From Eledone cirrhosa (lineage: Eukaryota), in contig OZ024744.1 in NCBI GenBank assembly GCA_964016885.1, positions 81,034,001 through 81,098,000 of the forward strand: a stretch of DNA of 64,000 bases. Direction: 5' to 3'. Each line of letters begins with the position of its first letter. The first letter of the stretch is position 1. The notes beneath the pieces were generated by a model. It did not search any database and was not told the DNA's origin. It was given only the letters and a program-made list of their open reading frames with translations. The translations under genes and the position numbers were made by a program. Of this stretch, positions 26,170 to 39,806 are shown one piece after another.

Positions 26170-27452
26170 TGCTGATGAAAGGTAAATGTTGCCCGTCCCT
26201 CTCAAGAGAGGTTCTTAGAGAAGAATAAGTCACTATACTTAGCCTTTGTTGACCTAGAGAAGGCCTTTGATAGGGTACTCCGATCTGTCATCTGGTGGTC
26301 CCTAAGGAAACTAGGTGTTGAGGAATGGCTTGTGAGGACAGTGTAAGCTTTGTACAGAGGTGTTGTCAGTAAAGTGAAGGTAGGAATGGAGTTTAGTGAG
26401 GAATTCCAGATACAAGTAGGTGTACATCAGGGTTCAGTCCTCAGCCCGCTCTTGTTCATTATAGTCCTCCAAGCCATAACAGAGGAGTTTAAGACTGGCT
26501 GTCCATGGGAACTTCTCTATGCTGACGATCTGGTACTTATAGCAGAATCAGTAGAGGAGCTAGAGAATAAATTCTGGCTATGGAAACAGCAGTTGGAAGC
26601 AAGAGGACTGAGAGTGAACATAGCTAAGACAAAAGTGTTGATGAGTAGAAGAGACGACAATATCTGATTCCATCAGGGAAATGGCCATGTTCGATATGCA
26701 AAAAAGGAACAAGCATAAATTCTATAAAATATACACAATGCAGATCTTGGGTACACAAGAGATGTAGCGGGATAGCAGGCAAACTAACAGGTAGGGAGAA
26801 ATATGAATGCAGTAGATGTACAGGGAAATTTGACAGTAGAAGTCGCATTGATATTCAAATGCAGGTAGGTGCTATAGAAGTGGTTGATAGCTTCCGGTAC
26901 CTAGGTGATCAGATTAGTGTTCTGAGGCCATAGTATCTAGAATAAGGACGGGTTGGAAGAAGTTTAGAGAGTTGCTGATGAAGGGTTTCTCCCTGTGTAC
27001 GAAAGGCCAGCTATACGATGCCTGTGTGAGGAGCGCGATGCTGCATGGTAGTGAGACATGGGCAGCAACTGCAGAGGATATGCAACAGCTGGAGAGAAAT
27101 GAAGCAAGCATACTCCGTTGGATGTGCAATGTCAATGTATGTGAACGACGAGCATGCATGTGTTGAGAGAGAAACTGTGTTTAAGCGGGATAAGTTGTAG
27201 TGTGTGGGAGAGAAGACTGCGATGGTATGGACATGTGATGCGCATGGTGGATGACTGCTGTGTAAAGAAATGCCAGTAGAGGAAGGCGACGAAAAACGTG
27301 GGCGGAGGTGGTGAGAGCAGACGTCGGATCGCTGAAGCTCACGGAGGAGATGACGAAGGACCGTGACAAGTGGAGAGATGCTGTGCTGAATAGGACCGGT
27401 CCCACCCTTGCAAGCAGGGAAAAGCAGACGTAAAATGATGATGATGATGATG
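26170..27452 (+). mobile_element. RTE LINE, RT domain to 3' tail, with stops and deletions
   Basis: Reads FVDLEKAFDRV, GVHQGSVLSPLLF, LLYADDL and HGSETW, then a (GAT)n tail at 27436-27452. Confidence 0.9.
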
Positions 27453-27529
27453 AACAGAAGTGTGATGGATTAGTGACTGAATGATATATTTTAAATCCCA
27501 GCTTCATTTTCTACCAGTCGGTTTGAACA

Positions 27530-29300
27530 TTGATGCTCATCTGCTTGCACACTAAATTCTTAACTGAAATTATTACCATCTCTCACTTCACTGAAATACA
27601 CGCTTTGCACTGCTCTCACAAGCCAATCATCTGGCTGGTATCTCTAACCACATATCTTGTTCGTAGTTTACAACAAGTTGTCTCAGAGAAACTTCCAGTT
27701 TCCTTCTTATCATACAAAGTTTTCTTATAGCTCACCAGAATAATAACCAAGGTACTCTATCAAAGGCTTCCTCCAAATCAATGAATGCCTGGTATAGTTG
27801 CTTACTTTTGGCTAGAAACTTCTTGCAGTTGTTTCGCTAAAAACAGGACATCTGTTGTATTCTGTCTTGGCACAAATCCAAACTGCATCTCATCTAATCT
27901 AATTATCTTCCTAATTAGTTGTGCTAAAACCCTTCCCGGCATTTTCATAACTTGATCTGTCAGTTTCATGCCTCCGTAGTTGCTTCTTTCTAGAACATCA
28001 CTTTTGTCCTTGTAACTATTAATGATGATGTTTCTATGTTGTTCATTGAGTTTCAGACCATCATATATTACATGCTTGATGATGCAAGTGATTACCTCAA
28101 GCTCTACTTCACTAGATATTTTCAGCATACTTGTAACTATCCTAAATATCCCTTTAATCATTTACCTGTTGACCTCAATAATAGATCAACTGAGAGGAGT
28201 CTCTCTTCGTCTCGCACATTCTTCACATTCAGTAACCTCTCATAATAATATGTCTATTTCTTCTGAGCATCAGTGAAACTAAGTGCACCAGAGTTAGTCC
28301 AAACAGCATCATGATTAATATTGATATACTATACTATTTTGCAATCCAGAACACCTCACACCTTTTTTTCTCTCATCACCAAACATTGGCAGGTGTACTG
28401 CTTCCAATTTCTCTTTGAGTCATGTAAACCTGATATCTCGTTTCTTTATTAGCTACTTGATATTGTTCTTTGCTGCTCCCTGTCTTTCAGTTTTACCAGA
28501 CTTATCTCTTGGCTTTTATGGCTCTATCTACCATACTATTCCACCACCAGGTCATCTATTGTCTGTCTGGTATCTTGCTCTGGCCACATATCTTATCAAG
28601 TTGTCTCAGAGAAATTTTCAGTTTCCCTTTGTGTCATAGCTATCAATTTTCTCCTCATTATCATACATATCCTGTAGAGCATCTCCAAACCTATATTTAA
28701 CCCTTTAGCATTTAAATCAGCCATATCTGTCCAGAATTCTCTCACCTCTTTTTATTCAAACTAGCTGTAACCGGCTACTCATACCAACGTTAAGGTATTG
28801 TTCTCAAAATAAATATCAAAATCTCATAGATTCGATATTATACGAGATAAATATGTGAGGTAGAGCCTTTACAGTGAAAATGCAATAGTAAATATTGAAT
28901 AATGTCAATGCTAAAGGATTAATCCTCCTTTCCCATATTGTCCTATGTCTCTGAGTTCACCTAGATCTTACTCTTATGTCATTAGTAACCAGCCTGTGTT
29001 GTGTTTGATAGTACATTCTTCCATGGGAAAAGATCTAGTATTCACAACCATCTACCTATCTAGTTTTATAATGTTTATGAGGTCTATCTGAATTGCACAC
29101 TCACCAGATTGCTAGGTGATCAAATGGCTGGTTAGTTTCCTGAAGTTAGTGCATCAGTGACATGCAATGATGTCATATCTATAACCACCATGTACTCCAG
29201 CAGCTTTTCTGATGTTACCCATTATGTCTATTGATAATGCCAGTTATTAGTCACTGGTAATGGAAATCCATCTTACGAGTGGCCAATAAGAAATCATCTT
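27530..29300 (-). mobile_element. Degenerate RTE LINE interrupted by a TTAA MITE at 28701-28918
   Basis: Minus strand reads LDEMQFGFVP...TTDVLFLAKQLQE and TWWWNS. Confidence 0.7.
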
Positions 29301-29947
29301 TCAAGCTGAACACAACCAATACTTCATTGTCTGCATGCATTTGTAGAATTAGGTTCCTGTCTGCTTGCATGTCTATAAAACCCCGAGTAATGGCTGTGAG
29401 AACTATTATGTTCTGTGAAGACTAGAAATAAATAAAGTAAGCATGCTCTGTTGGATCATGTAATGTTGAGAAAGTCAACTGAGAGAAAAACTGTATGTAA
29501 TAAGAAATGTATGTAATATTGTGCAATAGAAAGACTGCACTGGTATGGACATGTGAAACATATGGAAGATGACATCTGTACAAAGGAGTCAATGTAACCT
29601 GTGGAAGCATGAGAACTAGGAAGACATGTGGCAAAGTAGTGAAGACTGATCTATCTGAAAGATGACAAAGGATCATGAGGATTCACTATACACAATGTTA
29701 TAGAAGACTCTTCTCTTCCCCCAAGATACAAAGATACACATACATGTGCAACAAAAACTATATTCTAAACAACACTTTAAAAATGTTAAACATTAAAATA
29801 TCAAAACTTCATAAATATATTTTATACTCGTGAGAATTTCATCACCACGCCATCTAAACATAATGTGTTGATTAGAGGCCTCAGCTTATAAACAGAGGTT
29901 TGGAGTGTTGCCCATTTCTCAGACATAAGAAAGGGAGTTGGCTTATA

Positions 29948-29988
<41 letters not shown>

Positions 29989-30240
29989 TGTAAATGTGAG
30001 AGAAAGGCAGAGCTTGGATGAATTGAGGGAGAAGTTAGTGATGTGATGTGCATGAATGATGATCAATGGGTGAAGAAGTGCCAGGAAATGCCAGTGGATG
30101 GAAGCTGTGGTAGAGGTTGGGCAGAGGTAGTGAGAGCTGAGCCCCCAAATCATTGAGACTCAGAGGAGATGATGAAGAAATACGAGTGGAGAGATGTTGT
30201 GCTGAAAGGGTCTCATCCTACCCATACAAGCTTGGAAAAT

Positions 30241-31790
30241 CATCATCATCATCATCATCGTTTAACGTCCATCTTCCACGCTAGCATGGGTTTGGACGGG
30301 AGTTTTCCCACTTGAGGCAAGAGTGGTTGTCTTGCTCGCATAGGACTGTCTGGCGGGTTTTCTATGGCTGGATGCCCTTCCTAACACCAACCACATTTAC
30401 AGTGTGGGTCTGGGAGGTTTTTACCGTGTTGCCTACACGGCCACATTACAGCGTGGACTGTGGCCACATTACAGCGTGGACTGTGTGTTTTTTGTCGTGA
30501 CACCTACATGACCTCATTTGTTTCGGCCTGGATGGTGTGGTACCAACATAACTTTACATTGAAGAGGGCGGTGTGGATGGGGCGGGGGGTGTATTTTTGT
30601 TAGAGGTGCCTACTGACTGTAGGTTTCGCTTTGTACCTAGGCAATGTGGGTCTTCTCTATTACTGAGTACCGCCAAAGGTCACGGTCCAGTGACATTGTC
30701 TTGGAGAGGTGTAAGCGTGTGAGGTCGGAATTTATCAAGTTGTCCCATGTTTTTCTGGGTCTGCCTACTCCGTGGCTACCGTCTATCTTTATTGCCTTGC
30801 ACTTTGTTATACAGCTGTCGTCTTTCATGCGCATCACGTGACCATACCAACGTAGTCTTCTCTCGAGTAAACAACATCTGATCCCTCTTATCTCTAATTT
30901 TTTCCTTAGTTCGTTTATGCTTTGCCGTTCACGTATATTACTATTACACATCCAGCGGAGCATGCAAGCTTCATTCCTCTCTAGTCTGCGTATATCCTCT
31001 GCACACAATGCCCAGGTCTCACTACCATGTAACATTGCTGTTCGTATGCAGGCATCGTACAGCCTACCTTTCATTTTTAGGGAGAACCCTTTAGCAGCCA
31101 ATAGTGGTATAAGCTCTCTGAACTTTTTCCATCCAGTTCTGACTCTAGCTACTGTACTTTCAGAGCACCCTCCCCCACTGCTGATTTTGTCACCCAGGTA
31201 ACGGAAGGTGTCCACTATTTCTATAGAACCATCTGTGCAATGGAATGAGCTAGTATTCTGTGGGCACTTGCTGCTACTTATTGCACCAAAGCACCGGCCA
31301 CATATAAAATCTATATTCTTAGTTAGCTTACCTGTGATCCCACTACATCTTTTATGCACCCATACTTTGCATTTGGGACTTAAAATGGAGTTTCTGCCTA
31401 CTCCTTTCCTACACACTGAGCATGACCATTTCCCAGATGGGACCGGTGCCCTATTTTCCTTCCTACAAACTAGTACTTTAGTTTTAGACAAGTTAACTTT
31501 AAGGCCTTTTGATTCTAGGCCATGCTTCCATGTTTGGAATTTCTTCTCTAGTTCAGCCATTGATTCGGCAATGAGCGTTAGATCATCTGCGTATAGGAGT
31601 TCCCATGGGCAGCCGGTCTTGAACTCCTCTGTTATAGCCTGAAGGACTGATGAACACCAACTTTTACGCTAAACTCTTCACTATATTCGTTGTTAATTCT
31701 AACCTTGCTGACTGTTTCTTTATACATGGCTTGTATAGCTCTCACAAGCGATTCATCAACACCTAGTTTTCTAAGAGCCCACCAGATAAT
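30241..31790 (-). mobile_element. Young RTE LINE 3' half with a 307-aa open RT C-terminal ORF
   Basis: ORF 31560-30637 plus upstream CPWELLYADDL, full UTR and (CAT)n tail at 30241. There is a small deletion in the GVHQGS motif. Confidence 0.92.
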
Positions 31791-31955
31791 GAAAAACAGA
31801 CGTAAAAATAATATCATCGTCATATATATATATATATATGTATGTAGTTATAGTCAAACTATGCCAGTATGCAAAAAATATTGTAAAATAATAATTATGA
31901 TGAATTGTGTGGGTGTGTGTATTTAATGAATGTTTTTTTTTTGTTTTTTTTTCAG

Positions 31956-32021
31956 GTTGACCTAAGAAATATTGGCCAGAAATTTCTCCCAGATGATATT
32001 AACCGTGGAAAGATAGACTAT
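31956..32021 (+). CDS. TDRD3: TDRD3 coding exon B
   Basis: ttttcag|GTT...TAT|gtaagt. Reads VDLRNIGQKFLPDDINRGKIDY (human [22 protein letters not shown]). 66 nt, phase 0-0. Confidence 0.92.
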
Positions 32022-32169
32022 GTAAGTATAGTATAGGGAGTTCTATTAGTCATCTTGATTTTTTTTTTTGTTGTTTTATTTTCTCATTTCTTTTAGAAAT
32101 CATTGGAAAAATTTGCATTATTTACATCATTAACCTTTCTTGATGACGGTTCTGTAAGTGATCCACCTA

Positions 32170-32560
32170 TGGAGAAGGCCTCCACATTTGCTGGAATAAC
32201 CTTTTCTCGTTTAGATGGGTGAAGTGGGGGAATGTAAACTTGTATTCGGGTATGCCACATGCTATGACATGTTCTCTAGTTTCAACATTGTTGTTTAGGT
32301 CTCAAGTCCAGGCATTCTTGCCTGCAATGAAGAGGAACGGAAGATATTTAAGTACCAGGACTTAACCAACCATTTCCTTTTGGTGCTGGTCGCCATCGAT
32401 ACCTCAGGTGTCCTTGGTCCCCAGGCTATCATTTACCTTAGTAAAATTGGGAGGGGTGCATTGTCTCACCTGAAGAAGGAGCCCAGTGAGATGTAATAGA
32501 CTATGCAACAGTTTTCTAAGTCTTATCTGTGGAGCACAGCTGAGATATACAACCTATACA
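32170..32560 (+). mobile_element. CRE-like non-LTR retrotransposon RLE remnant
   Basis: One frame reads YATCYDMFSSFN...ACNEEERKIFKYQDLTNHFLLVLVAIDTSGVLGPQAIIYLSKIGR, similar to WDATCxDT...ExRKxxKY...PxAVETxGxxG of CRE-clade endonucleases. Confidence 0.65.
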
Positions 32561-34659
32561 GGGGTGCGGAGTTTGCCCCTTCCCTTCCTCCTCTCCTAAT
32601 TTTATTTCATATTTTTCTTTTATTGGAAACAAAATAATATTTAAGACCTTTTGGTCATTTGTAAATTTAACATTACACGCATGATATAAATGTCTTCTAA
32701 ACCTCTCCCTTTTTGCTCCATGAGGTTTATCGCCACATATCTTTCATTCCAAGAGTGAAAGTACATCCAGCAGCTTCAAATCAATGGGGTAGCTGCGGAC
32801 ACCGGCCCCTAACAGACTTTTTTCTTCATTACCCTGGGATGATGCACCCTACAGCTAACCTCTATCCTCACCAAGTTCTTAAATCTCTCTCTCTCTTTCT
32901 CTCCCTCTCAGTAATATGGGCTATTTATATGTATCAGCATAACAATCATTTTATTTATTTACTTTTTATTTTTTAATTCCTTTTGATAGTTTTCAGTTAT
33001 CCAAGCTTAGCCAGATTTCCTCCTACTACCTGACAAACACTTTTGCACACTTTGAATTAACTCAACTAGGGTCATGCAGATTAGTAAAGATTTAATTTAG
33101 TCAATCATGATTGTGAAAACATGTTAATTCTCTCTGATGTATTGTTTCGGATTTAGGCACAAGGCCAGAAATTAGGGTGTGGGAGGTTAGTCTATGCTTG
33201 TGGAGTCGCATGGCCTAGTGGTAAAGGTGTTGGACTTATGATCATAATGTCATGGGTTTGATTCCTGGGCTGGTGTGTTCTTGAGCAAAACACTTCAATT
33301 CACGTTGCTCCAGTCTACTCAGCTGAAAACGAGTACCAGCAATAGCTGGAGGTTTAACCCTGCGATGGACTGACATCCTGTCCAGGGAGGAGTCTTGTAC
33401 TCTCAGTCGCTTCACTCCAGGAAACCAGGATAAGCACCATCTTAACAAACCCTCTGGTTTGAGTCAGACTTTAGGTTAGTATATGACTTTAGTATGACAG
33501 GTACATTGTTTTATTGACCCTGGAAGGACGAAAAACAAAGTCGACCTCAGCTGGATATAAGCTCAGAACATAAAGAGCTTGGGCCAATAATAATTGTCTC
33601 TACTTTTGGCACAAGGCCAGCAATTTGAAGGGAAGGACTTTATTTTATCATTCCCTATAAGGATGAAAGGCAAAGCTAACTTTGACTGGATTTGAACTCA
33701 GAAAGCGAAGGGACGTAACTATATGCTGCAAATCATGTCAAACGCTCTACTGATACTATCAATCTACCGCCCTAAGCCAACAATAATAATAATAATAATG
33801 GTTTTTGGTTTAGGCACGAATTAGTTTATTGATGTGGCATTTGTCAATCATTCAGATAGGTGTTGTTAAATGTTTGTTTAAAAGAAGTAACTTTACTGGG
33901 GAAAAAAAACCGTACACCAACTGTAGCTGTGTAAAATGTGACAGTCAAGAGGTTAAAATATCGGTTTCTGATTTAAGCACAAAGCCAACCATTTTGGAGG
34001 AGGGGAAAGTCGATTAAGTCAACCCCAGTGTGTTACTGGTACTTTATTTTATTGACCCCTGTAAGGATGAATGACAAAGCTAACCTCAGGCAGGATTTGA
34101 ATTCAGAAGGTAAAGGGACATAACTATTGCTGCAAAGCATGTCCAATGCTCTACTTATAGTGCCAGGACCAATAATAATGATTTCTTTTATTTGGCCACA
34201 AGAACTTAAGACATTAGAGACAGTACAAGAACAAAGATTACAACAATTGAGAAAAAGTCGATGATTCAAGTGTCTTCTCATAGAATGTTGTAATGAAGGA
34301 GTTATAGAATTAAGCGTAATTTTACTATATGCTCCATCAAGCCCATTAGAATCACGGTTTCCTTATCGCATAGGTAACCAGACCCACTTACGCATTGAGT
34401 GCTCAAACTGGTGAAAGAAATTTAAACTGGCTGTATACAGCCAGAATTCTGTCACCCCTTTCTGTTAGAGCTGGCTGTAACTGTTGCTCATACTGATGTT
34501 AAGGTATTGTTCTCAAAATAAATAATATCAAAATCTCATAGATTCAATATTATGTGAGGTAAAGTGTTTACTGTGAAAATATAATAGTATATATATAGAG
34601 TAATGTAAATGCTAAAGGGTTAAAGTTACACACCAATAAACTATATATATATAGTTGAC

Positions 34660-35455
34660 TACTGACAATCATCTCTGCCTATGCTCCCCAGGCAGGCCTA
34701 GGTAAAGAAGAGAAAGACTGCTTTTACGAGCAACTTTTACAAACAGCCGTAATGACAGAGGTCGGAGACATCGTTATGCTAGCAGGGGACTTCAATGGTC
34801 ATGTTGGACAGCTCCAGGATGGTTACACTGGTGTACATGGTGGTTACGGCTCAAGAAATGAAGGAGTGAGACTTCTTGAATTTTGTGATGCAAGTGCACT
34901 AACCATTTGCAACACTAACTTCCAGAAATCTGCCAACCACCTAATAACCTACAAATCAGGCGAGCACATGAGCCAGATTGACTTCTTGCTAGTTAGGCAG
35001 CGAGACAGGCAGATGGTGTCAAATACCAAGGCATACCCTGGGGAAGAATGTACCCCGCAGCATAGGTTAGTTGTTAGTGATATCTCAGTAAGCAAGAGAC
35101 GGAATGAGACATATAGGAAGGTGTGGAGAAGAAAGGTCTGGGAGCTAAAATACCTTTCACTAAAATACAAATTTAGGAAAGCCCTTCAAGATGTGTATGA
35201 TGAAAAAGACGATTTAGAGGGGTATGACATAGATGATAACTTGAATTTCTTACGTGACAACTTACTGCAGGCTACTGATGAAACTTGTGGCTGGAGCAGA
35301 GCTCCAACCAGACAGAGAGTGACCTGGTGGTGGAACAGCACGGTAGATAGGGCCATTAGAGACAAAAGACTAGTATGGAATGCTTGGAAAAAGGGTGGGA
35401 GTAGAGAAGGAAATACAGCTGCTAAGAGGAAAGCTAGATTTCAGGTGTACTTAAC
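34660..35455 (+). mobile_element. RTE LINE APE endonuclease fragment
   Basis: Reads SAYAPQ, AGDFNGHVG, SQIDF, PQHRLVVSD and TWWWNS in and around ORF 34752-35489. Confidence 0.9.
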
Positions 35456-35631
35456 GCGCAGTAAGCTGCTCGTAATATTTTTTTACTAGCTTGAACTATT
35501 AGGATGTTGCCTAGCTCAAAGATTATTTCATCTTATGCCTCAATTCTGGTTTGTTGGATATTATAGAAAGTTGTTTTGTGATTAAGGAAAAAAATGCATT
35601 GTATTTTATTCTATTTTTTCTTATTTTTCAG

Positions 35632-35792
35632 ATCCAAGGTCCTTGTGTTCTCCAAATTCTGAAAATACGAAATGTATCTGCTCCTAAAGAAAATGAAGAA
35701 TCACAAACGGCTCCACGTTTATTAAAGCTGTCTTTGACCGATGGGCATAGTACTTGTTACGGCATTGAATTGGAATCTATTAGTTCTGTCAG
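35632..35792 (+). CDS. TDRD3: TDRD3 coding exon C (RMI1-like OB-fold)
   Basis: ttttcag|ATC...AG|gtaaat. Reads [53 protein letters not shown] (human [39 protein letters not shown]). Phase 0-2. Confidence 0.95.
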
Positions 35793-36016
35793 GTAAATCT
35801 ATATTCTCACTACACAGCATAGTCTGTCAAAAATGTTTTAAAATTATATTTAGAATTAATTGAAAACCTGCAACACAATTGAAAGGAAGACAAAATGGAT
35901 GTTGAAGAATTACTGCAATATATGTCATATTTGAAGAGTTAATTGGTCATGATGCTGTAATGTGGAGTATACCATGTTAGGCTTAGTCATATTTTAACTC
36001 TGTAATAATTCAACAT

Positions 36017-36335
36017 AGGCGGCGAATTGGCAGAGTTGTTAGAACATCGGATAGAATGCTTTATGGTATTCGTGCTGGCTCTCTGAGTTGAAATCCCATC
36101 GAGGTCATCTTTGCCTTTCGAAGTCGATAAAAAAAAGTACCAGTCTAGTACTGGGGTTGATTCTTCCTTTATATCTCTTTCTCATTTCTAGTCTCTCACT
36201 TTCTATCTTTCTCTGGAAGAAATCTGCTGGAGTCAGGCCTGGAGAGGGATGGGTTCTGCCAGGTTTTAAATGCTCAAAAATGCTGTATGTCAATACAGCA
36301 CCCCTACAACCTCCCCAGGAGTTACAGGACCATAC
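36017..36335 (+). mobile_element. tRNA-related SINE, second family (gcctttcatcc...gtcgataaaa...gtaccag domain)
   Basis: Homologous to 57183-57480. The shared domain also occurs at 4680-4880, 18330-18510(-), 33500-33780, 33960-34170, 44410-44590, 46720-46845 and 63680-63840(-). Confidence 0.65.
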
Positions 36336-36886
36336 CATACCAACAGAAAATATTTATCTAAAATTAATTCAAATGTTTATAGTATCTCAGTTAGTGTGAA
36401 CAGATTGGTGTGAACATTTGCAGTAAATCATCATCATCATCATTGATTAACGCCCATCTTCCACGCTAGCATGGGTTAGACAAGTCCTATTTTGAGGTAA
36501 GTTGTGTTGGGTGACTGTGTCTCACTCATATAGGGGTGTTTGTGGCTGGATGCCAACCACATTTACAGTGTGTGCTGCTTTTTGCTGTGTCTTTTACACA
36601 TCAACTTTACAGTGTTGGTGGGGAGGGGGTGTATTGTACATATGCTTCAGCTTGTGCTCGTGGGAAATCAGGTCTTCTGTAAAGTAAACGCTAATGTGAA
36701 GCCGTCATAGGTTTCTTGGTTTTTTTTATGATAGGGACCCTATTCCTATCAAGAGTAGTATAAAATGAAGTGTCTTGCTCAAGGACACAACACACCTCCC
36801 AGTCAGGAATTGAACTCATGACCTTATGATCATGAGTTCAACCTCTTAATGGGAAGTGTACCATATTTGATTTAGTCTTAGTTTAA

Positions 36887-37100
36887 CCCTTTAGCATTTA
36901 AACCAGCAGTATCCGGCCAGAATTCTCACACCTCTATCTGTTCAAACTGGCTGTAACCAGCTGCTCATACTGATGTTAAGGTATTGTTCTCAAAATAAAT
37001 CTCAAAATCTCATAGATTCGATATGTGTGATATTATGTAAGGTAAAGACTTTACCATGAAAATTTAATAGTAAATATAGAGAAATGTAAATGCTAAAGGG
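36887..37100. mobile_element. piggyBac-type MITE family 1, representative of about 16 copies
   Basis: TTAA|CCCTTTAGCATTTA...TAAATGCTAAAGGG|TTAA, about 190-225 bp. Other near-complete copies at 19859-20081, 20620-20890, 25590-25785, 28701-28918, 47110-47313, 52225-52418, 58756-58958, 60447-60634, 61010-61215 and 62303-62503. Partial copies at 13725-13915, 21000-21140, 34420-34620, 47770-47880 and 61345-61393. Confidence 0.88.
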
Positions 37101-37197
37101 TTAAAGTGCTTTTCTTTATATGAAAAAAAGGTAACCTAATTCATGAAGTCTGTTTCATGATTTTTAAATGAACTGAGAATCACAATTTCAATTTCAG

Positions 37198-37339
37198 TTT
37201 GAATACTCCTCCTGGAACCAAAGTTTTGTTCACTGGAACGATTCCTGTTGAAAATGGATTCTTGCAGCTCAATGGTAAAAACACCAAGGGTATTGGTGGC
37301 AGAGTCGAGAAACTTGTCGAAAACTGGGAGCTGAAGCGA
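37198..37339 (+). CDS. TDRD3: TDRD3 coding exon D (OB-fold)
   Basis: tttcag|T...CGA|gtaggt. Reads (S)[47 protein letters not shown] (human [12 protein letters not shown]...GGEVEHLIEKWELQR). Phase 2-0. Confidence 0.95.
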
Positions 37340-38022
37340 GTAGGTCCAATTTAAATATGGAATAAATAAGTAAATCTATTCTTCTTTGTTTTAAAATATA
37401 TTTTCCATTATTTCTTATAAAAAGCAGTTTAGAAATCCAATTAAATTTATTGCAGTAACGTGTGTGAGAGAAAGAAATTAAGGAGATAGAATTATTTTGG
37501 TCTACAAACTATACCGAATGAAAAAATATGTTTTGTGTTGGTTGGCCTAAAGTAACTAACAGTTTAAACATTTAAGCTGGCACCTCTTTGATCAAAAGTT
37601 TAGTTTTATAATAGCCCATTTAACCATTTTGTTGTGTAAATATTCTTATCTTAGGCAGGCATATGTGACCAAAGTGTTGTAAACTGCCCAGAGCTGCCTG
37701 TTCATATTTAGATCAAAATATCTATGGAAATCATGCTATTATGTTAGTGATAATGTTGTTTCACTAGATGAACATTTATTGTACACCATCTAACTTTGTG
37801 GGTGGTGTGAATTTTATGATCTTGGAATGTTGTGGCTATTTCATTTTCTTTGTAATCAGGTTTTTATTATTATTTTTTAATGACATAAGCTTACTGTCAA
37901 GGAAAAATGAATATTAACTATTGATGATGAAGTTTCAGATTTAATAACAAATCTTCCTCTTAAAAAAAAACAAAAAAACGGACACAAATGCATTGTTCTT
38001 AGCAGGTCAGAGAGATTGTAGT

Positions 38023-38340
38023 TTATGTCACAAATCTGCTTGATATAGGTCCTCTGCTAGCTCTTCCTTGTGTAGGCTCCCACAAAAGAACTTCACTAAC
38101 AATTTCGTCTTTAGCTCTCCAGCGATGCTCTGTCAATTTTACTCTACACTCTTTGATGATGTCTGATACTGGTTTAAGGTTCCCATACAGTCCCTCATTG
38201 ATCAGACAATCTTTCCAAGTGATATTCAAAGCCACTAATAGAATGAATGTGTAGGCTCCATCTAATCTTCTTTCCAATTTTGAGTTAAGGATCTATGCTG
38301 AGCAGACAGACAATAGAACAGAGGTAACAGTTGCTTGAAA
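38023..38340 (-). mobile_element. RTE-superfamily LINE RT C-terminal remnant (third family)
   Basis: Reads RLDGAYT..L.VALNITWK...LYGNL...EVLLWEPTQGRASRGP. Confidence 0.6.
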
Positions 38341-38935
38341 GTGGCAGTAATAGAAGCAGAAATGTTCTTTTTTTTTTTTATTACCTGTAATTTTTTTAAT
38401 CACCTCTTAGTTGAGTGATAAATTTGGTTTGATTATATTTTATATTAGTAAATTACTATTTATGTATATGTATGTGAATTTATTTCATTTTGCAGTTCCC
38501 TTCAAATATTTTGATAAATTACGGTATTTTATGCTTTTCTATTTTTTTTTTTTTTTCTACCTTTATCTGTACCTGTTCTAATTGCATTCATGTTCAATTA
38601 AAAATCCAACAATGTACTCATATTTTTTTTTATTGATGAAGTAAACTACAATTGTTATTTATCTCAATAACTAAGTATTGGTTAATAACTCATTTTATAT
38701 GCAATGATTAAATTAAATTAAATAATTTAATGTCTCACTGATTTTACTTGTAATTCAAGTAGTTTTAAGACAATAGTTCAACCATAAATTTATGTATGAA
38801 TATTTTTTCATTTTTATGTCTTGTTCTAAACACCACTTGAATATATTATTAACCCATTCATATATTTCTAATGAGCTTAAGTAATAGACAAGGTGAGGTA
38901 ACTAGTTATTTTCAAGAATAGTATCATATATTATT

Positions 38936-39570
38936 GACAAAATCAGCAGTGGTGGAGGGTGCTCTGAAAGTACAGTAGCTAGAGTCAGAACTGGATGGAA
39001 AAAGTTCAGAGAGCTTATACCACTATTAGCCGCTAAAGGGTTCTCTCTAAAAATGAAAGGCAGGTTGTATGATGCCTGCATACGAACAGCTATGTTACAT
39101 GGCAGTGAGACCTGGGCATTGTGTGCAGAGGATATACGCAGAGAGGAACGAAGCTTGCATGCTCTGCTGGATGTATAATAGTAATATACGGCAAAGCATA
39201 AACGAACTAAGGAAAAAATTAGAAATAAGAGGGATCAGATGTTGTTTACTCGAGAGAAGGCTACGTTGGTATGGTCACGTGATGCGCATGAAAGACGACA
39301 GCTGTATAAAAAAAGTGCAGGGCGATAAAAATAGACGGTAGCCACGGAGTAGGCAGACCCAGAAAAACCTGGGACGACTTGATAAATTCCGACCTCACAC
39401 ACTTACACCTCTCCAAGACAATGTTACTGGACCGAGATCTTTGGCGCTACACAGTAATACAGAAGACCCGCCTTACCTTAGTACAATGTGAAACCTACTA
39501 CAGTCAGTAGGCACCTCTAACAAAAATACAACTGGATTACATTGATGATGATGATGATGATGATGAGGAA
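38936..39570 (+). mobile_element. Young RTE LINE 3' fragment
   Basis: Reads DKISSGGGCSESTVARVRTGWKKFREL.... Near-identical inverted counterpart of 30600-31195. Confidence 0.9.
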
Positions 39571-39806
39571 GATTACATGACTCTAAGCACACCCACCATG
39601 ATAAAAACTGTAAACACCCCCCAAAAAAAACCCACCAGATATGACACTTGCCAAGGTAAAAATATTTTCAACAAGCAAGTGCTTACCATCTATTAAAGCA
39701 TAAAAGCTAATAATATATATATATATGTAAACAGAAATAACAAAGCAACCGACACAATACATTGAAAAAATATATTAGTTTAATGCTTGAAATAACAGGA
39801 AAATAG

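Noticed and set aside
34752-35489. 245-aa ORF next to TDRD3 exon C as a host exon
   Set aside because: It is an RTE endonuclease fragment, and exons B and C already join in phase without it.
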